Assembly (NCBI RefSeq): GCF_001194135.2 | Contig: NC_068996.1 | Coordinates: 51,869,883-51,933,882 of the forward strand | Direction: 5' to 3' | DNA length: 64,000 nucleotides | DNA from: Octopus bimaculoides | Lineage: Eukaryota | Shown: positions 38,391-51,615 of the stretch, one piece after another | Layout: each line of letters opens with the position of its first letter | Numbering within the stretch: the first letter of the stretch is position 1 | The notes under the pieces: generated by a model | Databases searched by the model: none | What the model was told of the DNA's origin: nothing | The model's input: only the letters and a program-made list of their open reading frames with translations | Position numbers and translations under genes: made by a program

Positions 38391-39419
38391 ATATAACTAA
38401 TTGTTATATTGCTCTTATTTAATTCTATGTTCTGAGTATCAAACTAAGTTTAGTGACTCTGCTTTATTTCGTGCATTCACCTCATGTCCTTTTAAAATGA
38501 ACTTTTGACTGCCTTCTAATTTGCATACTGGTTTGTTTCATAAGTGGTGTAATACTTTCGCACATGGATCTTTAGGTTCTGCTTTTCTTTTAATCAGTGT
38601 GCATTTTTAAGTATATATTGTGTTGTATTTGCTCACATATTATCTCCATTATTGGCTAAAATTCGAGTAATGTAATCCAAGTTAATAATTCTGTATTAAA
38701 ACATAACATTAATGAACATAAATATAACCACAACTTTAGCAGGAAACTTAGGAACAGATTCAAATACACCACCTACAGCAACCCCTAAACATACAACCAT
38801 GTGTACAAACCAAACTCTTCTTCATCAATTTCTCAGTTGTTGAAAAGAGCAATAGCTATTTAATGCAAGAAGTTATAGAAAGCAAAAACGTCCTCACAAA
38901 AGGTGAAGGGGTTTGACAAACATCTATAATAAATCTCCCAAACACACTGACAAAAACTCATATTGACCCTACAAATATCCCACAGTCATTAGGGGTTTTC
39001 TTTGAGAAAAAATGGACCAGGGGACTTTAGAAAGGCCATCTACTATTTTTTTCTCAACCAACAAGAAAACTGGATTATCAACCTTTCTCAAAGACCAAGG
39101 TGAATGACCTCTCTACTTTTCCTTTTAAATAAATATGGTTACTCATAAAACAGGTTGTATAAATGTATGTGGTCTAGAGTAAGCTGAAAAGCAAGGCTAC
39201 TTGCTCAATGAGCTCCAATAACTAGACATAACTGTGGTAATCATTACCAAGACAAGATTCTCTGAAGCACATACACCCTTGTCAATTTCCAATGGATATA
39301 AAGTGTCAGTTGGGTGAAGGAGTGGCAATGTTATTCTGGAAAATAATACACCTTCCTGGTAATTCAGTGGGCCTAGACATGAACAGCAATGAAGGCAGTT
39401 GTTTTGGCTACATAACTCC

Positions 39420-39800
39420 TCCATATTTTCCAATGTATGTACACTACTACCTTGTTATGCCTGAAATATATTCAGTCTTTGCTAGATTATGTACTTGATA
39501 GTTTTTCAAATTTTCCTCAGATCCTGCATTGTGAATTTGTTCCATCCTTGATGATGTGATGGTGATAGGAACTGGCATCAAGATTCTGATCTTGTACTGA
39601 AATTATCCAGCTTTCCATCTCTCCTCTCATTCCAGTACTCTTAAGCTACTGTTGTGTCTTCATTTGATCCACATCTGCCCACTGCACCTATTTTGGATGC
39701 TTTCCATGCATTACTTTGTACCCTGACCATGTTTTCTACAGCTGAAGCTGCCCAGGGTGTATGGCATTCTGCTTCACTTATTTGGCATGAATGATTGTTA
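39420..39800 (-). mobile_element. R4/Dong LINE, Zn-knuckle region fragment
   Basis: MHGKHPK..DVDQMKTQQ..ESWIISVQDQNL..HIIKDGTNSQCRI..RHNKVVVYIHWKI. Confidence 0.8.
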
Positions 39801-39871
39801 ACCTTGTTCTCTTTGGTGTGATTTCTGGGACATAGATCTCATGAACACAAAATATCAAATATATTCCTGTG

Positions 39872-40182
39872 GAAGAGGTAGACCCAAGAAGACCTGGGAT
39901 GAGGTGGTGAAGTACGACCTTCGAACTTTAGGCCTCACCGAGGCAATGACTAGCGACCGGGACCTTTGCCAGTACTGTGTGACTGACCCTCGTGCCAGTG
40001 GCACATAAAAACACCCACTACACTCTCGGAGTGGTTGGCGTTCGGAAGGGCATCCAGCTGTAGAAACTCTGCCAGATCAGATTGGAGTCTGGTGCAGCCT
40101 TTTGGCTTGCCAGTCCTCTGTCAAATCGTCCAACCCATGCTAGCATGGAAAGCGGACGTTAAACGATGATGATGATGATGAT
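39872..40182 (+). mobile_element. Short, well-preserved RTE 3' end with a single module and (GAT)n
   Basis: GRPKKTWDEVVKYDLRTLGLTEAM followed by the tail; CpGs are retained. Confidence 0.9.
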
Positions 40183-40966
40183 CCCTGATGGAATATATTT
40201 TATGTTTTGAGATTCAGAGTGAGTTTTCTGTCAGTTATTCATCCACCCTCAATATTGTATTAGTGTCAAAGGTCTGTTCTAGTTAAACTAGGCTTCGTCC
40301 TCCTAAAGCTCTGCTAGGTACAACCTGTTGGCATCTGCTTTAGGGTGGTGCATCTTGTTCTCTGAGCAGTATCTTTCTTCTTTCGGTGTCCAATCCCCTG
40401 ATTCAGTTCCCAGTTGATAATGTTGAAACTGCATATTACTATATGTACTTCTGATATTCAAATGCTGCATTTGCTTTCACCTTCCCTAGATTAATAAAAT
40501 AAGTTGTTAAAATGAATTAGAATAGATTAAATTAATAGATTAAATTAAATTAATTAAATTTAATTAATAATTACTAGACCATTACCAATGGAAAGGCGTA
40601 GTCTGTGGTGTATCAGACTTGTGAGGTCATTTTAAAGCTCAGGGTATTCAGATTGCTAAGTAATCTGAATTTTCTTATGAAAAAGATTATTTACTTGTAA
40701 AAAAAAATCGTTAACTCTTTTGTTGCAGCAGCTCTAAAATAAATCCCTGTATTTCAATTAAATCTGCTATAATAAACTTCAATATCTATCTGTGTGTGTA
40801 TGTATATGTGTGTATGTGTGTGTGTGTGTGTGTGTGAGTGTGTGTGTGTAAAAATTACTTGTTTCTGATACACCCTCACACACACACACACATACATACT
40901 TGTACATACATATATTCATATATACATATGTGTTTGCATGTGGGCACGTGTGTGCATGTGGGTGCA

Positions 40967-41000
<34 letters not shown>

Positions 41001-43040
41001 TGTGTGTGTGCATGTGCGTGTGAATACATAAAAAATTACTTATTTCTGATTCTCTTTTTGTTTTCTTTTTTTTTAACCTTCCACGTTTTCTGTATGCTCC
41101 CTTCTTGACTTTAGAAACAATTAAGGCTCATTTAGGACCAGATACCTAAAAGCCAACATCAAACGGAGACCGAATAAGAGGAACGGAGGCAAATAAGAGT
41201 TGGCTAATGAAAGCACAACAATATAAAAGATGGCCTTGGTTGTTGTTGATGGCATCAAAACCTTTATAAATTAGTTATAGAGAAGTGAATTGATGCTTTG
41301 GATCACCATGAATCATTCTGAAAANNNNNNNNNNCTGTGTGTGTGTGCTGTGTGTGTGTTGTGTGTGTGTGTGTGTGTGTGTTGTGTGTGTGCCTGCATG
41401 TGTGTATGTGTGCATGTGCATGCATGTGTGTGTGCATTTGTGTATGTGTGCATGAGTGTGTGTGCATATGTGTGTGTGTGTATGTACACATGCACATAAA
41501 TATATATTTTGCATACTCACAAATGGTGAAGTAATATCTATTATATAACTAACAAGATTATGAAACAACTGTAAACAAATGGAATAAACATCTATTCTTT
41601 CACCTCACTTTTATCTGTTCTATTCATATATATATATAAATTTATATATGTATGTCGCCTCTATTTTTTAATTATCATAAATCTTCCACTGAGGAGGGAG
41701 CCAGTTTCCAACAAAGATACAAGGCTCCATCTTTGGGATGTAGTTAACAGAGAAATTCACATTTGGAACTTGAGAAAAGACATGCATATTTCTACTATTC
41801 CACTCATAGGTTGGACTTGTAATGTATGAAGCAGCCAGTTGATTTTTCTTTCTGAAAATCTCAGTTTATCCAGATTCTCTGTTAAGCATTTACTAACAAA
41901 AGCGCATACAACTACTATATCGTACCACTACTGCATAAATCTCTCTGAGAGATTTAGAAATGTATTATTACCACTCAACATGTTGATTCCTCCATTCCAT
42001 CTCATGTCTGTTGTTCATTCATTTCTGCTTCTAGAGTGACTTCACCTGCACTTTTTGTTAATCATTCTAAGACAGTTTATATTAATTGTTCAGAATATGT
42101 TTGTCCTTAGGTTTTAACATCCTGGGGTTAATTTGCCTCATGCATAAGTAGGCTCTGTTTAGTCATAAACAGTTGTAACTTTTATGATTTGTTTATTGAT
42201 ATTTTAAAGTTTTGCAGTCTTAAATTTAATTTGTTTTCCCTTTATTTACATTTTGTAAAGCGATTCACCTTTGTAGTTGTTATATGGAACACCTGAATTG
42301 GCATAGGCAAAAATAATAAATAAGTTTGAGTTTATGAGAATAACAAATTGGTTCTGGTTTTTCTAAAAAAAAATAAATCTCTACTTTTAATCCAAACGCT
42401 AACTCTGATTGATTTTCTGGGAATTTTCTTGTGGTGATGGTGGTGGTGGCATTGAATGCTAATATTATAAACCATCAAATGCTGTTGTATGAGTTTTTTT
42501 TAGAGACTTCCTCAGTGAAAGGCTTTAAATTTGAATAAGGACACTACATTATCTGCAGATGTGAGGGTTCCTAGCCTTGACTTAAAGGCTCTCCTCATAG
42601 CCCATGGATATATGCGCTTAATTATAACCTTAATACATTATGCTGTGTGCTGTATTTAAACAGAATTTTTTTTTTAATGTTATGATAATCCTAGTATTGT
42701 CCACTAATGTTATTTATTTTTCTCTAAATGGACATGCTATTATTGGGAGTCTTTGTTTTCAAAATACCTAAATTTTTCTATATCTGACCCTCAACATTTT
42801 TCCACTTTTTTGAAGGAAGATTTTTCATCTATTAAGAGTTTTGTATTTGAAGTATGCAACAATATTTTCAAATAAGTTCTCTTTTATCTCTGTTAATTTG
42901 TACAGATTTTTATTTGTTTTTCAATGCAAAATTGTGCTTAGAAACTGGTATTGTATCTTGAGGGTCATATTATCAATAGTAGCATATGCACTGGTTATGT
43001 TCTACTTCACCTTTATGATCAGTCAGTTAGATAATTAATC

Positions 43041-43250
43041 AAAGTGGCAAACTGGCAGAATCATTACTGCTCTGTGCAAAATGCTTAGCAGCACTTTGTC
43101 TATCTTTACCATCTGAATTCAAATTCTGCCAAGGTTACCTTTGGCTTTTAGGATCGATAAAATAAGTACCAGTTGAACACTAGGGTCGACATAATCGACT
43201 TATCCTTGAGTCCCCAAAATTGCTGGCCCTGAGCCAAAAATTGAAACCAA
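43041..43250 (+). mobile_element. tRNA-derived SINE (Meta/MESC-like)
   Basis: GGCAAACTGGCAGAATC head and GATCGATAAAATAAGTACCAG core. Confidence 0.8.
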
Positions 43251-44157
43251 CTAGATAAGTAGTCTTTTAATTAATTAGCTAATTAAGATGTCTGTCAAAG
43301 ACATTCCATCAGAAGTCCGAGACCTCATCAATGACTGTGTGTTCCTCAAGCACCTTTTTTCCTTGGTATTTATTGCATATTTCATCACGGACTTTGTGAC
43401 AAAAAGATTTCGATAAACTAATTGATCACTTGATTTATTATCTAGCTCATTGGTAAGAAAGCTGAAATGAAACATAATCAGTATCTGTGGCTTTATTAGC
43501 AATATGACCCTCCTAAAATACAAATTTGTACAGATTTTTTCAGTTATTATTGTAGCTTCCATTTGCTGGTAACAAAGCTATTTCTGCAGCAGCATTAGCA
43601 GCTATAGTACCACTTGCAGCTAAACTGCAACTACTACTTCTAGTAGTAGTAGTAGTAGATGTTGTCTTCATGGTCATGGTCATCGTTGTTGTTGTTGTTG
43701 TTATTGTTGCTGCTGCTGTCATCTTGTCATTCTTGTTTAACCTTCTTCTTCTCTGATAGACTGGTCTTGAATAAGCAGTACCATGATCAAAGACATGTTT
43801 TTCAGTGACCATCTCAGCTTTTTTTTTTTTTTCTAGAGATATCAAAGATAACATTGTCCAATGTGTCCTTTCCATATTTATGAGAGACACTGCATTGTGT
43901 TTTAAAGGAGAATTAACAGTTATTTTTAACAGGCAAAGCGAGTACATAGAAAACCTGGGCAACATTTTCCCATCAGCTGACCACATGAGATTCTGCCTTT
44001 CAAAAATCAGTCTACAGCAATGAAGTAACTTATCTGATACTGTATACACTCAATACAGTCATACAGTTTGTCTTTTCCCTGTCCAACTTCCCACCCATGC
44101 CTGCATTAAATGATGATGATGATAATGATTATGATGCAATATATATGTATTTTCATC

Positions 44158-44520
44158 ATCATCATCATCATTTAACATCCGCTTTCCATGCTAGCATGGG
44201 TTGGACGATTTGACTGGGGACTGGCGAACCAGATGGCTACACCAGGCTCCAATCTGATCTGGCAGAGTTTCTACAGCTGTATGCCCTTCCTAACGCCAAC
44301 CACTCCGAGAGTGTAGTGGGTGCTTTTTATGTGCCACCAGCACGAAGGCCAGTCAGGCGAAGCTGGAAACGATTGCACTCAAATGGTGCTTTTTACGTGC
44401 CACTAGCATGGGAGCGAGACCGCTGCTCTAGCAGTGATCCCGCTCAGATGGTGCTGTTAGCGCTCCACTGGCACGGGTGCCAGTCATCAAATTTGGTTCA
44501 GTTTCGATCTCACTTTATAT
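44158..44520 (-). mobile_element. RTE 3'UTR with three modules and tail
   Basis: Reverse complement of the 53138-53580 series. Confidence 0.88.
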
Positions 44521-44654
44521 GTAATTAAATGCATTTAATTGTGTTTTGTTATTTGCATAATTCTCCAGTTCATGGAAAAATTGTCTTGCATGAAACCAGT
44601 CCACAGTGCAAAAAGGTTTGAAAACTGCTGTGCTACACCGTTTATCACCGCACT

Positions 44655-44998
44655 AGGGTAAAGGGTAAAGACCCCCCCACCCATTGGTCATTAATAACCA
44701 TGAGATTGCACCAAGAAAGTTACCCTCCAAGGCACAAGTCAAGTCATGGTTGTTTATAGAAGACCTAATAATTCCTAATAATGTTGTTGGCACTCCGTCG
44801 CTTACGACGTCGATGGTTCCAGTTGATTCGATCAACGGAACAGCCTGCTTGTGAAATTAACGTTCAAGTGGCTCAGCACTCCACAGACACGTGTACCCTT
44901 AACGTAGTTCTCGGGAAGATTCAGCGTGACACAGTGTGACAAGGCTGACCCTTTGAATTACAGGCACAACAGAAACAGGAAGTAAGAGTGAGAGAAAG
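44655..44998 (-). mobile_element. tRNA-derived SINE, same family as 9970-10335, cut by a gap
   Basis: Near-identical reverse complement of 10135-10330. Confidence 0.88.
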
Positions 44999-45489
44999 NN
45001 NNNNNNNNNNNNNNNNNNNNNNNNNNNNNNNNNNNNNNNNNNNNNNNNNNNNNNNNNNNNNNNNNNNNNNNNNNNNNNNNNNNNNNNNNNNNNNNNNNNN
45101 NNNNNNNNNNNNNNNNNNNNNNNNNNNNNNNNNNNNNNNNNNNNNNNNNNNNNNNNNNNNNNNNNNNNNNNNNNNNNNNNNNNNNNNNNNNNNNNNNNNN
45201 NNNNNNNNNNNNNNNNNNNNNNNNNNNNNNNNNNNNNNNNNNNNNNNNNNNNNNNNNNNNNNNNNNNNNNNNNNNNNNNNNNNNNNNNNNNNNNNNNNNN
45301 NNNNNNNNNNNNNNATTGGGTGACCGGTAATAAAGTCACAGGAAAAAAAAGTCCCAATTAATTTATGAGATCCGGGCAAACCCCACTCGGGCCCCACTCC
45401 CCGGACAAAACCGCTGTGACTTTTTTTTTTTTTTACCTGGATTCGTTATTTGAGAGAGATTTGACTGCTATTTCTAGCTGGTAGCTTTT

Positions 45490-46250
45490 CACTCGATTGC
45501 ACGAAAGCGATAAGTTATGTATGGTGTCAATAAAACATTTAAGCAAGAGAGAAAATGTCCCATACTGTTGACACCGTCATGTTGATACCCATTACATTAT
45601 GTTATTATAACCAGCCGAAGAAAATTACGGGGAAATACCCAAGGTTAGGTTTTCGCCCATGTAAATCTCGAATTAATGACTTATTTTATTGGTCACTACC
45701 GATGTACGTACTTTCAATGCAAAATACGATGACTGTAATTCGTAATTCTGTATTACTTAATAATTTGTCATGGTTCGTATTTATATTCACAACGTAAAGA
45801 AGCTTCTTTTATCACGTGGATTACCGTATGTTTGGGCGGGCACACGTTTATATTTGCTCGTTATAACCATTGTAAACCCGAGAAGTAAATGACAGGCTTA
45901 TGATCTATTTGGAAAGTTAATATCTTTTGGATACTTTGCAGCAACGAACATTACCAGAATAATAGAAACGATAATTGAAAAGAAAGGAAGCCCTTTGTTA
46001 TTGCCGTTGCTATCAACAAACATTTGGCTTTGCTGACAATATGTCAAAACACTGCAGATACGGCGGGCTTGAAAGGTTGTCGTCGTCATGTCGACTACTT
46101 TTAATGAAATATTTATAATTTCTGTCTGTCTTATTGATAATCTTGTTCAATCAAGGCGGACAGGATGTGGAAACTGTACTCTTCAATAATAGTAATAACA
46201 GTGAAAATGATGGTGATGATGATTTCTTTATTTTAAACACAAAGGGTTTA
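45490..46250. promoter_or_regulatory. CpG-enriched, apparently unique island: candidate promoter or first exon
   Basis: Many CpGs in an otherwise CpG-depleted window, with an E-box CACGTG (45813-18) and a GC-box GGGCGGG (45834-40). No homology to the window's repeats was seen. Direction is not determined. Confidence 0.45.
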
Positions 46251-46286
46251 CATTAGAAAAACATTAAGGACGGAACTGGAAAGAAA

Positions 46287-46330
<44 letters not shown>

Positions 46331-46559
46331 TGGGGTGAGGAGTTTGCATGTAAGCAGGTTTAGCAAAAGGAAAAAAAAAATAACGTCTATTCATAAATAG
46401 AGAGTAGACGTCTGAGGGCTGTTCATGGGAAAAAAACCTCACAAAATCATGGGTGCTCTGACTTCTGGGGCAGGCTTCTAGGTTTTCAGAGGTATAGAAC
46501 TTTTCTCAGTTCATTACCACTGATTTACAGACGAATGCTCAGGGCAGGCCATTTACTTG

Positions 46560-48250
46560 TACCAGGGTTACTACTCTCATCAACCTTCCAATAAAATGGT
46601 TAGAAGCCAACACTTCCATCTTCACCCTTATTTTCCTCATCAAGTGAAATGAAAAAGTTGTTGAGGGATTGGCCAAAGCAGAAAGTGCTTGTCTTCAGCT
46701 CCTTCAATTGTGTCCATCGTATAGCCTCTTTTGCCATGGCCATGTGGTATATAAAAAGTATAGCCTCTTTTGCCATGGCCATGTGGTATATAAAAAAAGC
46801 TGCCTACACTTCCTGGTTAAAAGAAGGCAGTGGGGCGATCTTCATGATGGATTCAGTTGATAACTGAATCTGTCCTACATGTGAGTGCAGGTGTTCAACA
46901 TAAACCCACAGGTTAGCAATGCTTCGGCATCAAAGGGCCTTAGAGTTAACCTAGCAAAAACCAAAGTCTTAGTAAGTAGGAAAGTAAACAAATCACAAAT
47001 CCCCTCAGACAGATGGCCCTGCTCAATCTGTAGGAAAAGCATAGGTAGAAATTCCATAAGATGTACTCGGTGTAAGCTATGGACACATAAGAGGTGCAGC
47101 AATATCAAAGGAAGGTTAACAGGGAAAATAGTCTTTGTATGTGGTAGTTGCACAGATACAATCAACATTGCAAATTTTCAGAAAATAGACTCCATCACAG
47201 GCAAGGGGGGAAAATTAGAAGTAGTTGACAGCTTCCATTACCTAGGTGACCCAGTCAGTAGCAGGGGTGGATGCTCCAAGAGCATAGCTACTAGAATAAG
47301 AATAGGTTGAGAAAAATTCAGAGAGCTACCTCAGTTGGTTACAAAGAGCCTCTCCCTCAGAGTGAGAGGCAGATTGTATGATGACTGTGTGTGAACAGCT
47401 ATGCTACATGGCAGTAAAACATGGGCTGTGACTGCCGAGGACATGTGTAGGCTTGAGAGAAATGAAGTTAGTATGCTTTGCTGGATGTACAATGTCAGTG
47501 TGCATGTACAACTAAGTGTAAGCATCTTGAAAGAAAATTTGGGCATAAGAGGCATCAGGTGTGGTGTGCAAGAGAGACGATTATGTAGGTATGTTCATGT
47601 AATGTGTATGGATGTGGACAGTTGTGTGAAGTGCCAATCTCTACCAGTGAAAGGAAGCTGTAGAAGAGGCAGACTCAGGAAGACATGGGATAAGGTGGTG
47701 AAGCATGATCTTCGAACGTTGGACTTCTTAGAGGTAATGACTAGGGACTAAGACCTTTGGTGATATGCCGTGCTTGAGAAGACCTGTGGAATCATAACTG
47801 TGGTTGTTGTTGGTGTCATTTAACTGGCAACCGTAATAGTGGTATGTAAAAAGCACCTTTTGAGCGCTGGGCCTCCTGGAGGCAATATGGCTGATGCTGG
47901 TGTTGTATAATTAGCACCTGAGCTGGCAGCATGTAAAAAACACCTTCCAAACACTAGGCCTCATGGAGGCAATGACAGATGATGTGCTTGAGAAGAAGAC
48001 CCATCAAGCCAAGTGAAACTGTAGTCATGGCAGATACTGGTGTCACGTAAATGGCACTTGTGTCAGTGGCATTTAAAAGCACTCATTACACTCTCAGAAT
48101 GGTTGGCATTAGGAAGGGCATCCAGCTGTAGATACCATGCCAAATCAGACTGGAATCTGGTGCAGCCCCTCAGCTTAGCAGCACTGGTCAAACTGTCCAA
48201 CCCATGCCAGCATGGACAACGGACATTAAATGATGATTATGATGATCATG
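46560..48250 (+). mobile_element. Decayed RTE LINE (~1.7 kb) with ORF2 remnants, duplicated 3'UTR and tail
   Basis: ORFs 46885-47310 and 47401-47751 (GLRVNLAKTK..CSICRKSIGRNSI..MLHGSKTW..GRLRKTW), then the UTR and (GAT)n. A 39-bp tandem duplication lies at 46719-46796. Confidence 0.92.
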
Positions 48251-49020
48251 ATAAATGTTTCTGTCAAGAAAAGACAAGCAGCTGACCTGTACTTTTGTGA
48301 ATATTTGAAGGGAGGGGCATTTATTATCAGCTGGAGTGTTTGTTAGAATATAAGCTGAAAACAATCACACTTCTCAGCTGTGTTCATTACTAAGATGTAA
48401 ACTGGAATGGCATAATTCAGCTGTTACTTTTGAAATACTTAACACATCACAAGAAGGTTCTATACATGTAGGTCTTGGGGACATAGCATAATGGGGGATT
48501 TCTCTTTCTTTAATTCAAAGAGATTTTGACATGTCACCATTGTCACTTTGGTTTCTATTGTAATTTACTTTTACTTTTTTGATAACTTTAAACTGCAAAT
48601 TAGCTTCAGAAAAGGTCTCCGGTTAACGATAACCTTCCTTCTTTTCTAAAAGGTCAGCATCTGTTATTTACCCTCTCTTAACAAAACTGTTTACTCACAC
48701 AAATTTGTGTGTGTATGCATAAATACATGCTATACATACATACACACACACATGCATGGACATTCATACATACACACACACACGCACGGACATTCATACA
48801 TACATACACACATACATTCATTCATACATACATACATACATACATAGTTCGTGGAAATGGTCATTTATGTTGACTATTTAACATCACGCGTTCAGTCTGT
48901 GAAGGATGCCCCTTTCATAAATTCTGTATGTATTGACTCTATAGCAGTATTCTGTGTTCTAACACAACCTCCAAGTTAAATTGGAGATAAAATTTACCTT
49001 CTGGTATGAATACTGCTTCT

Positions 49021-49389
49021 TTTTTTTTTTCTTGCTTTTAACCCTCCAACGCGGAGTATAGGCCACTTATAATTGAATTCCATGTTGCATAATTTTTCGT
49101 TTCTGTACTTATACTCTACCATGAATGTCCCCCTTTCTTTAGTTCCTTTTGTGTTGATCTACGCCACGAGTTCTTAGGCCTACCCCTCTTTCTATATCCA
49201 TCCGGATTCCACTGTAAAGCACTTTTCGCTATATTTGGTGTGTCCTTTCTAATTGTGCTACCAATCCACTTTAACTTTTTCTTAAATATTTGCTCTCTAA
49301 TCGAAACTTGATTTGTTCTTTGCCATAGCTCCATATTGCTTATGTGTTCGGGCCAGCTGATTTTAAGGATACTACGCAAGCATCTGTTG
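49021..49389 (-). mobile_element. 5'-truncated RTE-type LINE with poly(A) tail and 15-bp TSD
   Basis: FINRCLRSILKISWPEHISN..WIG..RK..KRGRPKNSWRR. TSD ATGAATACTGCTTCT at 49006-49020 and 49390-49404; T10 at 49021-30. Confidence 0.92.
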
Positions 49390-49439
49390 ATGAATACTGC
49401 TTCTGTCACCATTAATTTTTTTTTTTTCTAATGAGCCAA

Positions 49440-50150
49440 CTGGTTATTTGCAACACCATTGCCTGAACAGATACTGAGATTCTATATAGATTGTTGACAG
49501 GAAATTTGGCTGTTATGAATTTTCACATCCTCTTCAATGTTGAAGGTCTGCCCATTCAATGAATTTTGAAGAAACCAAATGGGTGGAAATCTGAAGGCAC
49601 AAGGTTGGGTAAATATGGAAGGTTTGGTAAAACTTCCCAGCCAAGCTTCAGTAACTTCTGTTGGATCTGCTAAGAAATGTATTGTGTGGTATTGTTTAGG
49701 TGAAAGACAATCTCCTTATGATAAGAAAATGCTGGATGCTTCTGGTGGATCACTGCATTTAATTTATCCAGCTGGCCACATGTACACATCCATATTGATG
49801 GTCCTGTCCATGGGAAGAAGCTTGTATCCCACCAAACTGAAAGCGTACCTTCTTTGGGTGAAGTCCTGCTTTAAAGATTGTTTGTGATAGCTCACCATGC
49901 TCTATCCATGATCATTTATGTTTCACATTGTTAAAAACATTCCATAAGCACAAGGTGTTGATAACGTTTGTTTTAGCTCTCCATTTTCAAGTTGATCCTA
50001 AACATACAAAATACAATGTCTCATCGCAAGTTCACATCAAAATATGTTGACGTGTCAAGAACCTAACAAATGCACATGCACAAGGGACAGATTGAAGTTA
50101 GCTACTTATTGGGGTGCTTGAAGTTTAGTGTTGACATAAACCCAATGGAC
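49440..50150 (-). mobile_element. Decayed mariner transposase
   Basis: QLDKLNAVIHQKHP..QKLLKLGWEVLP.LPYLPNLVPSDF, a Mos1-like C-terminus. Confidence 0.78.
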
Positions 50151-51134
50151 TTTTTGGCCAATTCAATATATCATTCAGCATAGACAAATTTTTTTAAAAT
50201 AAAACATGCCTATAAAAATACAACCAGTTGCTTATCTACCTGTTTATCATCTTTAACAATTCAAGAATAGTGACAGAAACCTAAGTAATACAATCCTATA
50301 AAAACGACTCATGTCTGTGTGTGATCTCTGTTAAGGTTGCCAAATCAAACTTTGAAAATAATCAAGAAGATTGACTAAAAATAATTCATATCTTATTAAA
50401 AACTCAAATTCTACAAATTGTCAGAAACTGTCAAAAGAATTGTAAAAATCATGGGACCAAAATTATGACTTTGTTTTTCTTTTATTTTTTCTGCTATTTT
50501 GAATTTTTCAGACAGATTTTAAATTATTTCTTTGAAAATTCCTTACACCCTTTCTGAAATTCCATGTACCACAAAATATTTCACTCACTCCACCACCAGT
50601 GGCATGTGCACCCCATCTTGATAAACATTGCTCTATTTCCATGTACCATTGATTTTAGTCTTGTCAAAAGAGGAGAAAATATTTTGCTGAAGAGGTGTGA
50701 TAATACCAAAACATGACTGTTGTTTTCACCAGTTTACTTTAAAGACATCTATACTATTTTCTTGCTCTACTTGTTTTTTTTTATACACTCTTGGAGGATG
50801 GTTTTGTTTCCTATTTCTTGGATATTGTTAGTTGGTCAAAGACTTTTAACTCACTATGTTAGATGTTTGTGTGTGTGTGTGTGTATGTGTGTGTGTGTGT
50901 GTGTGTGAGTGTGTATGTGTGTGCATGTATGTATGTATGCATGTATCCATCTATTTGTCTGTCTGCCTGTCCGTCCGTCTGTCCGTCCATCTAACCATCC
51001 ATCTGTTTGTTTGTCTATCTGTCTATCTTCTCTGTCCATCCATCCATCCACCCGTCCATCCGTCTTTCCGTCTACCTACCTACTTACTTACCTACCTACC
51101 TACCTACCTACCTACCTACCTACCTACCTACCTA

Positions 51135-51615
51135 TTTCTCTGTTTCTCTGTCACACTCTAACCTTTCCTCCTTTGACACAACATCCCCTCCTCCAATGCC
51201 CTCCCTCTCAAAATTCTTTGTCTTGTGAGTTATTTGGTGACTCTGCAAGTGCAGGTGCCACATAAAAAGCATCCAGTCCACACTGTAAAGTGGTTGGCAT
51301 TTGGAAGGGCATCCAACTGTAAAAACCATACCAAAACTGTCCTTGCCTGTGCTGGTGCCATATAAAAAGCACTTGGCCCACTCTGTGGGGTGGTTGGTGT
51401 TAGAAGGGTATCCAACCATAGAAACCCTGCCAAAACAGACAAAATAGCCTTGCGTAGATTTTCTACCTGGCTGGCTCCTGTCAACCATCCTATCCATGCA
51501 TGCATGGAAGATGGACATTAAACGATGATGATGATAATGATGCTGCTGCTGATGATGATGACGATGACAACGACGACGATGACGACAACAATGATGATGA
51601 TGATGATGATGATGA
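51135..51615 (+). mobile_element. Pyrimidine body plus duplicated RTE-type tail and (GAT)n
   Basis: Same tail duplication as 3190-3480. Confidence 0.78.

Noticed and set aside
43540-44049. 169-aa minus-strand ORF, and the opposite-strand ORF 43805-44023 with a good acceptor
   Set aside because: No recognisable domain, partly trinucleotide repeats, and conflicting strands; coding status cannot be supported.
46719-46796. Exact 39-bp tandem duplication
   Set aside because: A local slippage event inside a dead RTE copy, with no sign of function.
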